This document shows positions 40,667 through 55,010 of a DNA stretch of 64,000 nt, in pieces. Each line of letters begins with the position of its first letter. Position 1 is the stretch's first letter. The position numbers were made by a program, and so were the translations under genes. The DNA is taken from contig NC_068993.1 of assembly GCF_001194135.2 (NCBI RefSeq), positions 55,542,180 to 55,606,179 on the forward strand. The letters are read 5' to 3'. Origin of the DNA: Octopus bimaculoides (lineage: Eukaryota). Under the pieces are notes generated by a model that was not told the origin of the DNA, searched no databases, and saw only the letters and a list, made by a program, of their open reading frames with translations.

Positions 40667-40898
40667 GGCGGCGAGCTGGCAGAAACGTTAGCACACCGGG
40701 CGAAATGCTTAGCGGTATTTCGTCTGCCGCTACGGTTCTGAGTTCAAATTCCGCCGAGGTCGACTTTGCCTTTCATCCTTTCGGGGTCGATTAAATAAGT
40801 ACCAGTTACGCACTGGAGTCGACGTAATCGACTTAATCCCTTTGTCTGTCCTTGTTTGTCCCCTCTGTGTTTAGCCCCCTTGTGGGCAGTAAAGAAAT
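40667..40898 (+). mobile_element. Intact tRNA-derived SINE, family A, with an 11-bp TSD
   Basis: A-box-like gctggcagaaacgttag and B-box gagttcaaattcc. aagcatggaaa occurs at both 40656-40666 and 40899-40909. Confidence 0.9.
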
Positions 40899-42163
40899 AA
40901 GCATGGAAAATTGGATGTTAAATGATGAAATAACCAGTAATAGTCAACATTATCTATCAAGCTTCTTACTATTTATAATCAGTATACTGTCTAGGTGAGC
41001 AGGCCAACATTTCCCCCTGGTCAGAAGGGGGGGGGGGCTGTAGCAATGTAAAATGAAGTGTTTTACTCAAGAAGACAACGCCACTGCTGGTCTAGCAATT
41101 GAACCCACAATCTAGTGAGTGCGAGTGCAATAGCCTAACCACTGGGCCACAGTAATAGAGAGATAAGATGCCTGATGTTTTATATTTTAGTGTGATTCTT
41201 CTGAGTTCCTATTTGAGACAAACCCAGACTTTGTATAGAAGATAAGTGTCATTTACATTTGTTTCGAGAGATCATTTCTTTGTTTACCTTTTAATCAGTT
41301 CCTGCTGCGTTTCAGTGGATGTGTCTTACAGTGGAGATTATTTATCGGAATGTTTAATTCCCATCTGGTCATATCACTCTTGGTTATGAAGATGTGATGA
41401 CAAAGAAAAAAAGGTATTGTATTTTGTGCACTGACAGGCAGTTTGAATGGTGGAGAAAATATGCATTGGAATTAACAAATATAATAAGCTGGTAAGGTGG
41501 TGGTCATACTGAATGCGACCATCAGTTTATTAAATAGTTTAAAGAATTGGCACAAACGTCACTGTGTAATAAGAAGCTTGCTTCTCAACCACATGGTTCT
41601 GGGTTCAGTTCCGCTGCCTGACACATCAGGTGTCTCCTACAATTTCTACAATAGCCTCAGCAGACCAAATCCTTGCCACTGAACAGAAGTAGACAGAAAC
41701 TGAAAGAAGCCTGTCATATATATATATATATATATATATTCATATATNNNNNNNNNNNNNNNNNNNNNNNNNNNNNNNNNNNNNNNNNNNNNNNNNNNNN
41801 NNNNNNNNNNNNNNNNNNNNNNNNNNNNNNNNNNNNNNNNNNNNNNNNNNNNNNNNNNNNNNNNNNNNNNNNNNNNNNNNNNNNNNNNNNNNNNNNNNNN
41901 NNNNNNNNNNNNNNNNNNNNNNNNNNNNNNNNNNNNNNNNNNNNNNNNNNNNNNNNNNNNNNNNNNNNNNNNNNNNNNNNNNNNNNNNNNNNNNNNNNNN
42001 NNNNNNNNNNNNNNNNNNNNNNNNNNNNNNNNNNNNNNNNNNNNNNNNNNNNNNNNNNNNNNNNNNNNNNNNNNNNNNNNNNNNNNNNNNNNNNNNNNNN
42101 NNNNNNNNNNNNNNNNNNNNNNNNNNNNNNNNNNNNNNNNNNNNNNNNNNNNNNNNNNNNNNN

Positions 42164-42254
42164 ATATGTGTGTGTGTGTGTGTATATATATATGTGTGTG
42201 TGTGTGTGTATGTATGTGTATATATATATATATGTGTGTGTGTGTATGTATGTG

Positions 42255-42295
<41 letters not shown>

Positions 42296-42442
42296 GTATA
42301 TATATGTGTGTGTGTGTGTGTGTGTATGTATGTGTATATATATGTGTGTGTGTGTGTGTATGAGTGTGTATGTGTATATATATATATGTGTGTGTGTGTG
42401 TGTATATATGTGTGTATGTATATATGTGTGTATGTATATATA

Positions 42443-42473
<31 letters not shown>

Positions 42474-42510
42474 GTATGTATATATACATATATATATATA
42501 TGTATATATA
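42164..42510. repeat. Compound (TG)n/(TA)n microsatellite next to a gap
   Basis: Read directly. Confidence 0.95.
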
Positions 42511-42539
42511 TTGTTGCTATTATGTTAAACTGTTGTATG

Positions 42540-42830
42540 TCAAAATTTGGCCAGATGCGTTTTTTCAATATTTATTTTTGCTTGCAATAGCCGGCTCTTT
42601 TGGTCAAATGCACTGTGTTTGATGTGAGAAAATCTTGATGGAAAACATATTCTCGATTTCCACAAATTTTTGTCTGCTCTGCAATGATTAAAACAACACA
42701 TCTGTGTACAATTACTCTGGGTGAATGTTGTGAAAAGATCAGGCTGTACAGTTGTTGTGGATGGCTCCTGTATGATTGATGTGAAGGGCAGTCAATCCCA
42801 TTCAAATTGTTGCAAGAATTACAAAAAAAC
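42540..42830 (-). mobile_element. Decayed Tc1/mariner-superfamily transposase catalytic fragment
   Basis: The reverse strand reads KICGNREYVFHQD...*ILKKRIWPNFD, resembling the YVFQQD(S/N)AP and WPxxSPD motifs. Confidence 0.5.
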
Positions 42831-44574
42831 ATGGGTGACAGGTTGACAATGATGACTGGTGTTTTTAAGAAATGCTGTTGCTATTTACTTTTTCTTAGCC
42901 TTAGGTTTGCCCTAATCCAGTAGACATATGATTAAAGGCATTCTAGCTAGTGACCATCCCATCTTATATTCAGACATAATATAGTTAAAGTAATGGTTGT
43001 CAACCTGTTGTTTTTACACTTTCTTTCTTACCCTGAATCGCATTTTACAAATGCTTTGCCACCCCATCTTTTAAAGCCCTCCCCCTCAGAAAACAACAGG
43101 TTAATTTTACACAGTAGCTTATTGTGCTTATGTTCTTGGACTCTTCCATTCAGCATGTGCTTCGTTTTGCATATTTGCATGGATTAGTGTCCCCTATGTT
43201 GAATTTTTATGGAAGATTTTTTTTTAGAAATTTTTACTAACGAAGATGAGGACTTGAATAATGAAACTATATTGGATCTTTGCACGTCATATATGCCAAT
43301 ATATACAATCATCATTGTTTAACGTCCGCTTTCCATGGACGATTTGACTGAGGACTGGTGGACCAGGTGGCTACACCAGGCTCCAATCTGATTTGGCAGA
43401 GTTTCTACAGCTGGATGCCCTTCCTAACACCAACCGTTTTACTCATTTTCTAATCCTGCCAAAGATTAAGAAAAAACCTGTCCCTTCTGCCCCCTTGTAA
43501 GCTCACTCACATTCCCCCCCACCTCAAGAGACTCTACAACCCAGGCTCAGAACTACTGATATAATATATCATTCATGTTTTTAAATAGTAAGGTGCAATT
43601 TTGGGAGCATATGGTTGTTATTTCTAGCAGGAAAAGAAACCACAAAGAAAGAGGCTTTATTAAGTATGTGTTTCTTGGTATCGTTGATTAGGTTAATCCT
43701 ATGAAGAAATAGGTTTTGTGAAAATGTTGCTTATGATAGACTAATTGGTGTCCTGTCCATGAATGATATCACAGGCAACATATCTCATTTTAATGTTATA
43801 GAATCTAGTTCTAAAAACTGTCCTTATGAGCTTCTATGACTTATTCAAACACTGTTTTATCATTTCTTTGTTAACGCTAACATTGGTGTCTTCAGATTAA
43901 ACACAAAACCAATTTTTGTGGGGGAACTATTTTTTCCATTGTTGTTGCTACTCTCATAAAACTTCAAAGATGTGAAATAAACCCTCCCCCACCCCCATAC
44001 ACACACCACAACCACCACTAAATTTAAACTCAAAACCACAAGGGATGAAACCAACAATTAAAACCTATTCAGTCCACACTATTTCAACAATGTTAGTATG
44101 TTTATAATTATATTGTTATGAAAATGTATTCTATAGTCATTTTTCATTCTAATTTATCTGAAGAATATTTTATATCCATATTTTTGTTTTCATTGGGAAA
44201 TGTTGTTTTCTTTTGAAACCAGCAATAAATACCACTCATTTATGAAGTAGGATTGGTGTATATTGTTAGCTAGGTAGACTGAGGCATGCAGCATCATGTA
44301 TGTCTAACACAAAAGCTGTAGAAAGATTTGATTTAATTTTATGGTCATCACTCAAATACTTAGACCTTTGGTCAAATACTTAACCATTTTGTCTTTAACT
44401 TGTGTACACACACACACACACACACTTCTTTAACACAATATTTAACTATCTCGTATTATACACCCACACCATCATTTTACCTCTAACGGTACAAAAACCC
44501 AAAATGAAATTCTGATAATCTAGCCAGAGATTTAATAAAGTGAGCCAGCTAGCAATTATGTAAGCCAGCAATTT

Positions 44575-44750
44575 AAGATACAGTACCAATAACAGATTAT
44601 ACAATAACAATAGCAGACTATACAGTACCAGTAATAGATTATACAATGCCATTAATTATATATTCATCACTAGTATTAGTATACAGTACCATCGAACAAT
44701 ATATGGTACCTCAATAACTGACTGTACAATAATACAGTAATACAGATAGC
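44575..44750 (+). repeat. 21-bp minisatellite (atacagtaccaataacagatt-like), about 4 clear copies then decay
   Basis: Read directly. It produces the LYNLLLV heptad ORF at 44446-44652. Confidence 0.8.
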
Positions 44751-46719
44751 ACACATAATTTTAAGGAATTCATATCCAACAAATGTTGCGTTTCACACTT
44801 TAGAAGTTGTTGACCACCAATGCTGTTTTATCTGATATATGATGTGCTGTTGTTCTGCTGTAGGCCTTATATATATTCTACGATATGCATGAGCACAGCA
44901 CTCATGGTTTCACGTAATTTTAGTGTTAGTATTTAATGTAATAAATAGTATGTGACAATTATGGAATATCCAATACTACATTCACCACACAACAAAGAAA
45001 TTGCATTAGAAGAAATGTCAGATAGTTAGTAATTTGTGAGTAAAACAAAACTGAGCAATTATAACAAAAAGCAGTCTTTTTTTTGTTTTGTTTTTTAATC
45101 ATTAGCACATATACAATCATTCTAATAGGCTGGTGCTCTTTTCTGCTCCATAAGAATTGTTTGTTGTAACTGTATTAGTTGAATTGATACATTCTCATCA
45201 TCTACTGTTTCCAAATTTATCTTTGCTGCTGTTACCGTTATTATTGTATGAACTATTGTATTTGCATAAGTGAAGGTTTGCAGTTTTCAGCAGTTATTTT
45301 AAGTTTCAAATTCAGAGTCTTGGGATAAATTGCTTGAGACTCTATCACAGCACCCTGTTGTATAGTGAATTAGAACGGCAATAGGAGAGTCTTGCAAGCA
45401 CTAGAAGGCAATGATCTAAGGTTCATTAAAGCTAGTAGTAGTTTTTCATCTCATTGCTTTACTGTCTTGTTTTGTTTATGATAAGATGTAACGGAGTAGT
45501 TTTTCCATCTCACTTCATTACAAAGTTCATTTTGTCCATTTGATTATGAAAGGCAAAGAGTCATTCTGGTCATATTATTTAAATACTTCTATTGACTTAA
45601 AAACTCCCAAATTTCAGAGCTTCAAATTGAATGCTGTGAACAGAATTTGGAGTACTGCAGCTCGTGAATATTGAGGAAAGGCATTGAATAATAGCTTGAG
45701 AAGTTTTTCTTAAGGCAAACGCAGAATGATATTCATTGAATATTGTCAGAATGTGAGAGATGCCCATGCTCGTATTTGGTTTTGGAACTACAATATCAAA
45801 TGATAGTTGCTGTCAAGATATTTTTAGGATGACATTGTAAGGTAGGTGTGAAAGATTGGATCTGGTTAGTTTTAACATAAAACAGGTAGAATAATTTGAG
45901 CCAGACATGGCTGGATTAAATGCTAAGGGATTAAATTAGTTTCCAAGTTTCATTTTTGACAAAAACTTATTTCTAAAAGGCCCTTCTACTAAGGATATAG
46001 GAAATTTATGATTTTTTAAATATGTATCCAAGGCAGCTCACTAGGCTGTTGTCCAAACTGTTGTTTCAGTGTAATCTCATTCATTGAATATCTTTTTGCT
46101 TTTAGTAAATTTAGTTACAATAGGTTTTTTTTTTTTTTTGCTCTTGAATAGTAGTAAGGTCAGCTTTGGGCTCCTCCATCTTTTGTAATTTCAGGCCACT
46201 TTCTTTCATTCTGTTAACTAGTTCCAGTATCTTCCAGATTTAATCCTTCAGCATTCAGATTACTTTGTCAAATGTAATGCTTATCAATTTCACATTTTGA
46301 ATCAGTCCTGCATTGTGTTGTAGCTTTGAGATTATGAGGATGTGGTTTTTTATTTTTAGAATGAAATTAAAAGGTGAGTGAGTGAAGCTGGATCTGATCA
46401 GTTTGAACTTAGTGGAATATTTGGGTCTGATATGGTCAGTTTGAATGCTACAGGGTTAATAAAAATATTTTGAGAAAGGGTTGGACAATAAAATGTTTGA
46501 ATCTTGTCTTTAAATGTACTTTATAATTGGTACACTTCTTTAAATTACCTGCTTTCCTCTCCACCCAAAACAACTGAAGATGCATTGTTGACATCTTCAT
46601 ACATGTCATTATAAATCCCATTACTTCAAGATTGTGAAGTTCATTTACAACCTCCCTTCTTGTATGTACTGAAACTGGGAATGCTGGACAAATTTTAGTA
46701 TTTACAATCTTTTTACTCA

Positions 46720-47070
46720 TCATCATCATTTAACGTCCATTGTCCATGCTGGCATGGGTTGGACGGTTTGACCAGGGTTGATAAGCTGAGGGGGCTGCAC
46801 CAGACTCCAGTCTGATTTGGCATTGTTTCTACGGCTGGATGCCCTTCCTAACACCAACGACTCCAAGAGTGTAATGGGTGCTTTTACATGCCACCGGCAT
46901 GGGTGCCAGTTGCATGACATCAGTATCTGCCATGACTACAATTTCACTTGGCTTGATGGGTTTTCTCAGGCACGGCATATTGCCAAAGCTCTCGGTCATT
47001 TGTCATTGCCATTTGTCATTGCCATTTGTCGAGGCCAAACACTCGAAAGATGCTTTTTACATGCCACTCA
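46720..47070 (-). mobile_element. RTE-tail repeat
   Basis: catcatcatttaacgtcc...ggatgcccttcctaacaccaac; same family as 5376. Another copy lies at 43310-43435. Confidence 0.85.
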
Positions 47071-48471
47071 CATGTTATTTACTGGAAGTAAATATTCCGA
47101 AACCTTGTAATGATGTACATTGCAGAATATCTGCACTTATTAATCTGGGGTTATAGGGGCATCTCTAGCTTTTATCAGTCAGTTAGATGATGTATGATAA
47201 TTGTAAACAGCAAATGGTAGAGTAGGCAACATCAAAAGCCAATTGCATCTGAAATGAGTGTCTAATCAACTTACAATTAACCCATGTAAATTATCATTTA
47301 TTGCACAATTAATATTCATTATTACTTCCCCATTATCAGACTGTTTAGGATGCATGGTCTTCGCATTTATGTTGTAGACAATATTTAATGGAATAACAGA
47401 GTGGAATTTACTGAAATGTCCTAGTTTACTACAATTGCTGCCATTTTGAACCTGGCTTCACTTAGTAACTAAATTCTCTTGAATAGTCCTTGCTAGTAGT
47501 GTGAAATACTTCTGTATTTAGAACAAGGTTATATTACTGATTCAAGAACAAGTATTGGATCTAGCTACATACTACAACAAGAGTAACCAAATCCGAGATG
47601 AATACATTAGGCAAAGTTCTAAGTCTGATTTCATTAATCAAAACCAATTTTGTAAACTCTGCTTCTGGATCTTCTATGATTGCAGAGAGTTTATATGAAG
47701 AAATATGTGTTTTGACCCTTAGTAGGAAATCATTAACCAGTTCTTGTATTTGCTCTAGGTCCAAAAATTCAAGCATGTTTGAGATGATAAATCTTTAGAC
47801 CCCCCCCCTCCACTTGTTTTAGTCATTGATCTATGGCCATGTTGAGGTACCACCTTGAAAGGTTTTAGTCAAACAAATCACCAACCAGTATTTATTTTTT
47901 CAGCCTGGTACTTTTTCTATCGGTCACTTTCACTGAACTGCTAAGTTATGGGAACATAAACCAACACTGGTTGTCAAGCAGTGGTGGGAGACAAACATAA
48001 TACAAACACAAAGACACACACGACAGACTTCTTTCAGTTTCTGTCGATCAAATCCACTTATAGATATAGCCTGGGGCTATAAAAGAAACCCTAAGATCAC
48101 ACAACTGGGATGTAAGGTTCTTCAGCACACAGCCACACTAACAGAACACTTTAAATTTTCAAATCCAACAAAAATTGTCATAGGACATCAGATATCTTTT
48201 CATTTGAGCATTGTGCTGGTGCCACATAAATGCATGGAATTTTGACTTAACTGTGCTTCTATTTTTTTAGTAATAAGAAGATTTAAGTGTTTCTTAGAAT
48301 CCATCTTAGTGTTGTTAGCGTATTTTTAAAGTTGTAAATCTTCACCATCAATTGTTAATGGAAAATAAAATAGACCTAGGTGGTATTTGAAATCAGAATG
48401 TAAAGAACCGGAAGAAGTGCCACTGAGTGTTTTCCTGATGTGCTGACAATTCTGCCAGTTCTCCTCTTTAA

Positions 48472-48676
48472 CCATTTAACATTCGGATTATTCTGTTAAA
48501 TGCAATGCTTAATTTATTCACATTGTTTTGAATTAATAATGAATTATTTTGTAGCTTCAAGAGTTTGATGATGGAGTTTATTTTTAGAATGACATTGTAG
48601 AGTAGGTGTGAGGGGCCAGATTTGGCCAGTTTGAGCATAAAACAAATAGAATAAAGCCTGTTTAAATGCTAAGGGG
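48472..48676 (+). mobile_element. piggyBac-like MITE with TTAA on both sides
   Basis: ttaa|ccatttaac ... tgctaagggg|ttaa. Confidence 0.75.
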
Positions 48677-49118
48677 TTAATGCATACAACAAATAATGAA
48701 ATGAAACCTCTTTGGATGATGCCTGGTGGAAGTGGTTTCCTGAAGATATATGTTCACAAATTGAAAGGTGAATGCCAATTCATATTAATCAGCTGTCAGG
48801 TTTAATGTAGGAGAATAAGATATTCTAGATTGCTGGGATCTTTCATCTTACTGTATGAAAATTTACAAAAATGAATAACAAAAAAAAAAAAAAGCTACAC
48901 AATGTGAAAGAAATTTAACGAATGCGCTCCTCATAATTTCTTTTAAGTCTGACATTGAGCCCCAACAGGACATTTGAGTTCTGACTTCAGCTGAGAATGT
49001 TTTCTGTTGAAGCCAACGTACTATGCACCCTTCTTTGCACTTGAATCTCAGATGTGAGAGAATGTTGCAAAATGTGAAGTTTATCGTGTATTTGCAAAGG
49101 TGTGGATGTGTGGTTAAG

Positions 49119-49480
49119 CAGTTTGCTTCCTAACTGTGTGGTCTTTGGTTCAGTCCCACTGTGCTACACCTTGGGCAAGTGTTTTCTGCTTATAGCCCCC
49201 ACCCCCCAGGCTGACCAAAGCCTTGTGAGTGGATCTAGTAGACAGATGTCTAATGTATGCTTCTCTCTCTTTGTATGTATGTGTGTGACTCTCACTACCA
49301 CTTGACAACTGGTGTTAGTTTGTTTATATCCATATAAAGTTCAGCGAAAGAGAGACTGATAGGATAAGTACCTGGCTTTAAAAATAAATACTGGGGTTGA
49401 ATTGTTTAAATGAATCCATTAAGTTGATGCTCCAGCATGGTTGCAATGCAATGACTAAAACAAGTAAAACATAAAAGATA
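49119..49480 (+). mobile_element. tRNA-derived SINE, family B
   Basis: tggttaag...ggttcagtccca (B-box-like)...ccttgtgagtggat...gactaaaacaagtaaa. Related copies at about 37466, 39965, 41560 and 52822 (+) and 47810-48125 (-). Confidence 0.8.
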
Positions 49481-52400
49481 TACATATGATGTTTAAACTG
49501 TACAAACAAGCTCAGTGTGCTTGTGCTGGCTAAAATGGCCACCTATTTTTTTTTTTTGTCTACATGACACTACACAATGCCAATAGCTGGCTATATAATA
49601 CCTGACAGATTATGCAATATCAATAACTCTATACAAATAATAGACGGTACAATGCCACTAACATCCTAAACAACTAATGGCAATTCATTATGCAAGTAAT
49701 GAGAAACTAAAATACACAGCATCAGGCAAAATCCAAATGAATGTATTTTGAACCATTCAAGAGGAATCTGTTGGCATTGAAATTGCTAGAAATAGCCCAC
49801 TAAAATCTTTTGGAAAAGGGCACATTGGATAATGGATAGTTACAGATAAACTATGCCTGACATGGTGGGATGGTCATTGGGGGAATGCTTTTGATCATAA
49901 GTTTGCTTGACCAGGGCTGGTCTGTGGCTAAACAATAACAATAAATGAAGATTTTGAAGTATTTCTATCCTTGTTGACAAATGGGACAATCTTGAAAAAA
50001 TTTTTTCTTAAATATTGGCCCCAAATTTAAAGTGTGCAGCTTAAGATGTGTTCAGATATTAAAATCAGATTATAAAACAACACCTAGCAAGGTTTGTCTT
50101 GTGTACATACAGTATGTTTACTAACTCCATGGCAACGTAGATGATAGTTAACTGTCAAATTAGTGAAATTAATTGTAATGAGAATGTAGTTTTCATGAAA
50201 CACCAATGACAAAATTATTGACATTTGTTTAACTCTAAATCATTGGTATTATGTCGAAATAGCATTTTTCTCCAGATTCCTTGGAGTTACTTGAGCCTGT
50301 TTCCTTCCTGTTCTAGCATGAAATAAGTAATTTCATAAAACGAATGAATTACTTGGGGTGTACTAACTTGTTCTTTGGCCAAGCTCATTTCTGCTAGAAC
50401 AAATCTATGCAGCTTTTTCGTCTATGGCTATCCTCTTGCTTTGCAAATCTAGCATAACATCCAATATATCCATCCTTTTTCAACACTGCAAGGTGTGACT
50501 TGAGGGACATTTGGCTGCTATTTCTAGTAGGTTGAGCAGCTTATGTAGGGGTCATCATTGGCTTGTTGTATATGTTGTTTTATTTGGCATCAGGCATGTA
50601 TAGTAGACCTAATCTGTCACCATCCTGGTTGTGGGTGCCTTTTATTTATTTCTTTTCTTTAGCAAATATTCTGATCAAACCTCTGGTTTGGGGAAAGATG
50701 TGCTGCTTCCATATGCAAGAACACAGGTGTTTTTCTACTCCACTCCTTGAGGCCTGCAATGTTTACAGATGCTTCCTTCGTCTTTTAACTTAAAAAGTTG
50801 TTACCTATCTTATTAAAAGCCAATGAAAGAACCTCTAAGTAGTTGCTCACCCTGCTTGAAATAGTCAAATCTCTCAAGTCACACTCTACCATCTTAAAAA
50901 AAAGGAAGGATGCATTGAATAACGTAGTCCCAGATATTAAAAGAAGGATAATTGTGACTGGAACACCTTGATCAAAGGCCTGTTCATCCAGGGCTGACCT
51001 AGTCTGAGCAACAACAAGCCAACCATGAAATAAGCAAAAATGAGCTTGTTACAAGTATAATGTATTAGTTGTTTGTGATGTATATTTGACTTAAAAGCTA
51101 GTAGCGTAGCAGTTATAATTAGTTTCTCATTTAGCTTTTTATCTTATCCCTGTTATATAGCTCCTACTTGTTCCACATCAACTAAATGTTCTGGTTTCAC
51201 TTTGTCCTATAAACTGAATTACTCTGGAATCATACCATCATTATTTATACTGGTGTTCAACTTCTGAAGATTTGTTGTGCATCTCCTGTAGATTCATTGT
51301 GCAGCTTGTGTCAGTCTGTTGTGCTAATATTTCCAACAGCTGAAGTGATTATATAGAGCAATATGAAGGGCAAATTGCAAATGCATAAGAACATGTGGAA
51401 CATCTATGTTGAGGAAAATAATGAATTTTAATTTTACAAATTCAGAGGTCTGTACCCAATCACATGGAGTAGCAGTAATTAAAATGTTAAATGGCATTAA
51501 TTAACCAGCTTGAGCTTATAATATTTTAAGTATGATACTCTGAATACCAAAACACCAAAAGTACTACGGGTGGTAGGCAAAAGTTTTAAACCTTTACTAA
51601 AGTGAAGGTGTAGAATTATGCTTGTTAAATTACAAGGTTTAGATGCATTTTTAAAAGTCACCTAGACATTTTTACCTGTGGTATCATTTGAACCTTTGTC
51701 ACAGCAAGCAATATAAATGAAGGTAGCCTTATCCAACACCCTCACTCTCCAAAAACCTATCAGAGAGAGAAGGTTGGGCAAATAATAATATGAAAGTAAT
51801 GTTAATGGCTATAATCCAGCATGGTTACAGCCAATAAGCTGGAATGGAATAAGAGGCCTCTAGTATTTGTCATAATCAGGACAGATCTTTTTTACATCAT
51901 ATACAAGGCATATTTGTTTGGCATTAAATTAATATAGAAATTTGGTTTCTATATGTATATTAACGAAAACTTATGATTTGACAAAAATAATGCAGCACTT
52001 TCACTAGACTCAGAAGTTTTCAGTTCAAAAGCTTTGACTTTTGTTAAGGATCGGGGTGGTTGAATTTCTGACCACCATGTTTAGATAATGTACATGGCTA
52101 GCAATGTCAAGCAGAAGTGTAAAATCACAGAACAATGTTTGGTCCTAATTTAGTAATGGATACACCTTCAGTATTTTTGTGATTTCTCTCTTGTTCAATT
52201 CTTTCTTTTTTTTTTTAATGAAATTAACACATTTTGTCACCACTTTCATCATGTTGCTCATTCTTAGAGAATGTGCACATACATTTCAACAATGTAAGAT
52301 GTACTATTATGCTCTTAGAATAGTATTGATAGTTCCCCAATTCTTTTTTGATCAAAGCACAAGTATTTTTGAGATCTTATAAGTGACATGTCATCCATAA

Positions 52401-54483
52401 CTGCACTACAGAGTTTTTCCTTTGGTAGGGTAGTGTTTAACACAAATCATTTATTGGTTATTTAACTTTCACTGATAATCATATACATTGATTTTTTATG
52501 CTGGTAAATCTTATATCATAAAGTTTGCTATTGTTTCATACTTCATATTTACTGTGTCTGTTGTCTTGTCTATAGTTGTTGAATAAAGCAAAAGTTTTGA
52601 TGCTGTTTCAAAAATTCTGTTTCAAGTATATTAAATATCATTAACCTTCCTCCAGGATAAACTAATGTTCTCAAAAAATCTTTCTGGGGTTAAAATTCAC
52701 ACAACCACCTGTATATTCCTTACCAAACATGCTTTCGGTGTTTAGTTTCACTTTCTATGCAGTTGGCTTATACACTTCATAACTTACTTTACATAAGTTT
52801 TTTTTATTATTAATAATACATAGGCGCAGATGTGGCTCAATGGTTAAGATTGCTGTCCAACCACATGGTTTTGGGTTCGCTATTATTATGGGCTGACCTA
52901 AGAAAGCCTTGTGAGTGAATTTGGTAGACTGAAACTTTAAAAAAAAAAAAAATTTTTTTAAACCCTGTTATGTGCATGAGTGTTTCCTTGTTTTGACATT
53001 GAATAGTAGTTGCAAGCAAGGATCACCTTCAAACAAGCAGTGTTGTTCAGTTCAGTCTTCCATAAAAAATGTTTGGCCTTGAAGAAATATTACCTTGCTG
53101 GGAAATAGGTAATGTTTGGCAATAGTAGAAACTCCGACTAACTCATGAAAACATGGAAAAGTAGACATTAACCACTCTTTTGTTACCATATTTCTGTTGA
53201 GATTCTCTGTGTTTCTTTCAGTTACTTTCCATTTTATATCAAAGCAACAGTTTTTCTTTTATTAAGTATTATCCTTTGCAGAAAGGGTCACTTACTGTTA
53301 TGTACTTAACAATATTGATATAAAATCTGTAAAAAGAATAGACAAATGAAGTGGTAAGTACTAAAAATGTTAATTAACTGTAATAAAGGTGTGACTAATA
53401 CATCTTTAAATTCATATGAATTTCAACAGTATGGTTAATATCACAAAACAAGCATTACGGTTGACAAAAATTAGTTTACTTATGGGTTGTTGAAATTATA
53501 TTAAATTACTGATTTGATCTTGATTAAACACTTTAATTTTTGTTTTGTTTTTCATGTGGGTTTTTTTAAGAACTTTCTTAGCGGACAGTTTCAAATTTTG
53601 TCTGCAGGGGATGTGTCTCTATCCTTCTCTGTCTCTTTCATCGTGTCTTGATTTCTAGCTTGGTTTCTACAAGAAGAGTATTTATTATCTTTCTGAGTTA
53701 CTGTTGGCCTTTGATGAACATAAACTATTTTAACCTAATTTCCATGTGGATTATCATTTACTGGAATTGAAAGATTGATTTCTTTGGTTAGTTTTCAGAA
53801 TTTAGAATCTCTAAAATATTTGTCTAGGTCTCAGTAAATTAATTGATTCAATCTATTTTAAATATACTTCAGATCTTTACCAATCAATTATTTATTGCTG
53901 GAAGATATTTTATTCCAAATCACTGTAGGTAGATTGCAATGTGATACATACATATATAAGGTTTGTGATTAAAGTACATGATACCTTTGGTGAGTTCAGT
54001 TAACTCTTTCACCGTCTGCAGCTGCTGACGTTTTTGTGTTATGGTTACTGCTAGACATAACAGTTTTGTTATTTCTTTTGTGTTAAACATTTTACAGTCT
54101 GCAGCCAATATTTAATTGCTACTATTAATTTAGATTTGTAGAAAGGCAAACAAAATGTCTTGGGGTACTTAGTTCCTTGTTCTGATTTCAAATCCTGTTA
54201 AAGTCAGCCTTTGCCTTTTCATTTTTCCAAAATCAATAAAAAATAAGTATCAATGAAGTTGATATAATTGACTAAACTCTTCCTTAAATTTGAAGCCTTG
54301 TACATATATAAGAAATCGTTCAATGTAATTGTTCTAATGCCATGATCTAAGTTCAGAATTTGAACTATAAAGATAGGATTTTATTCTTCAATCATTTGGA
54401 AATTTTGTTGCAGATAATGTATTGCGAGTTGATTTTATCTTAAAAGGGTTAATAAAATATAGCTAGTAATGCAATTGTTAGTC

Positions 54484-55010
54484 ACCAACATTAGCAGTTA
54501 CTAATAGCTAGCATTGCTTGTTGATAAAAAAAAAGAAAAAAAAGACAAGCGTTGCCAGTTGATACTCACTAGTATTGCTATTTGATACTTACCAACATTG
54601 TTAGTTACACTTGCTGGCTTTGCCACTTATATTTACAGCATTGTTGTTTGATACTAGCTAGCAATGCTAGTTAATAGTCAACAACATTGCATTTACTGAT
54701 AAAACTAACTAGTTTTGCCAACTAACAACACAAGTTGTTATTACCGGTTGATACTTCTAAGCTTAAGCACTTTGATACTTGGCAACACTAGTTGATTGTT
54801 ATGACATCTGTTTGATATTTACTAGCATTTGCCAGCTGCTATTCTGTACTGTTGATATAAGCTGGTATTACCAGTTAATAGTTGCTCTCATATCCAATGG
54901 AAACATTACCAATTACCAGATAAATATTTGCTAGCCTTGCCAGTTGAATATTAGCCAGCATTGCTTGTTGATCCTCACGAGCGTTGCCAATTGTTTACTA
55001 GCTTGCATAG
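54484..55010 (+). repeat. Degenerate minisatellite of about 22-23 bp (gcattgccagttgatacttacta-like)
   Basis: ttgccagttgatac / tagcattg fragments recur with regular spacing. Confidence 0.7.

Noticed and set aside
40667-40760. tRNA-like A/B boxes
   Set aside because: No complete cloverleaf, and the sequence continues into a SINE body present in many copies. It is a SINE head, not a tRNA gene.
41673-42622. ORFs of 249-305 aa
   Set aside because: They span a 416-N gap and TG/TA microsatellites.
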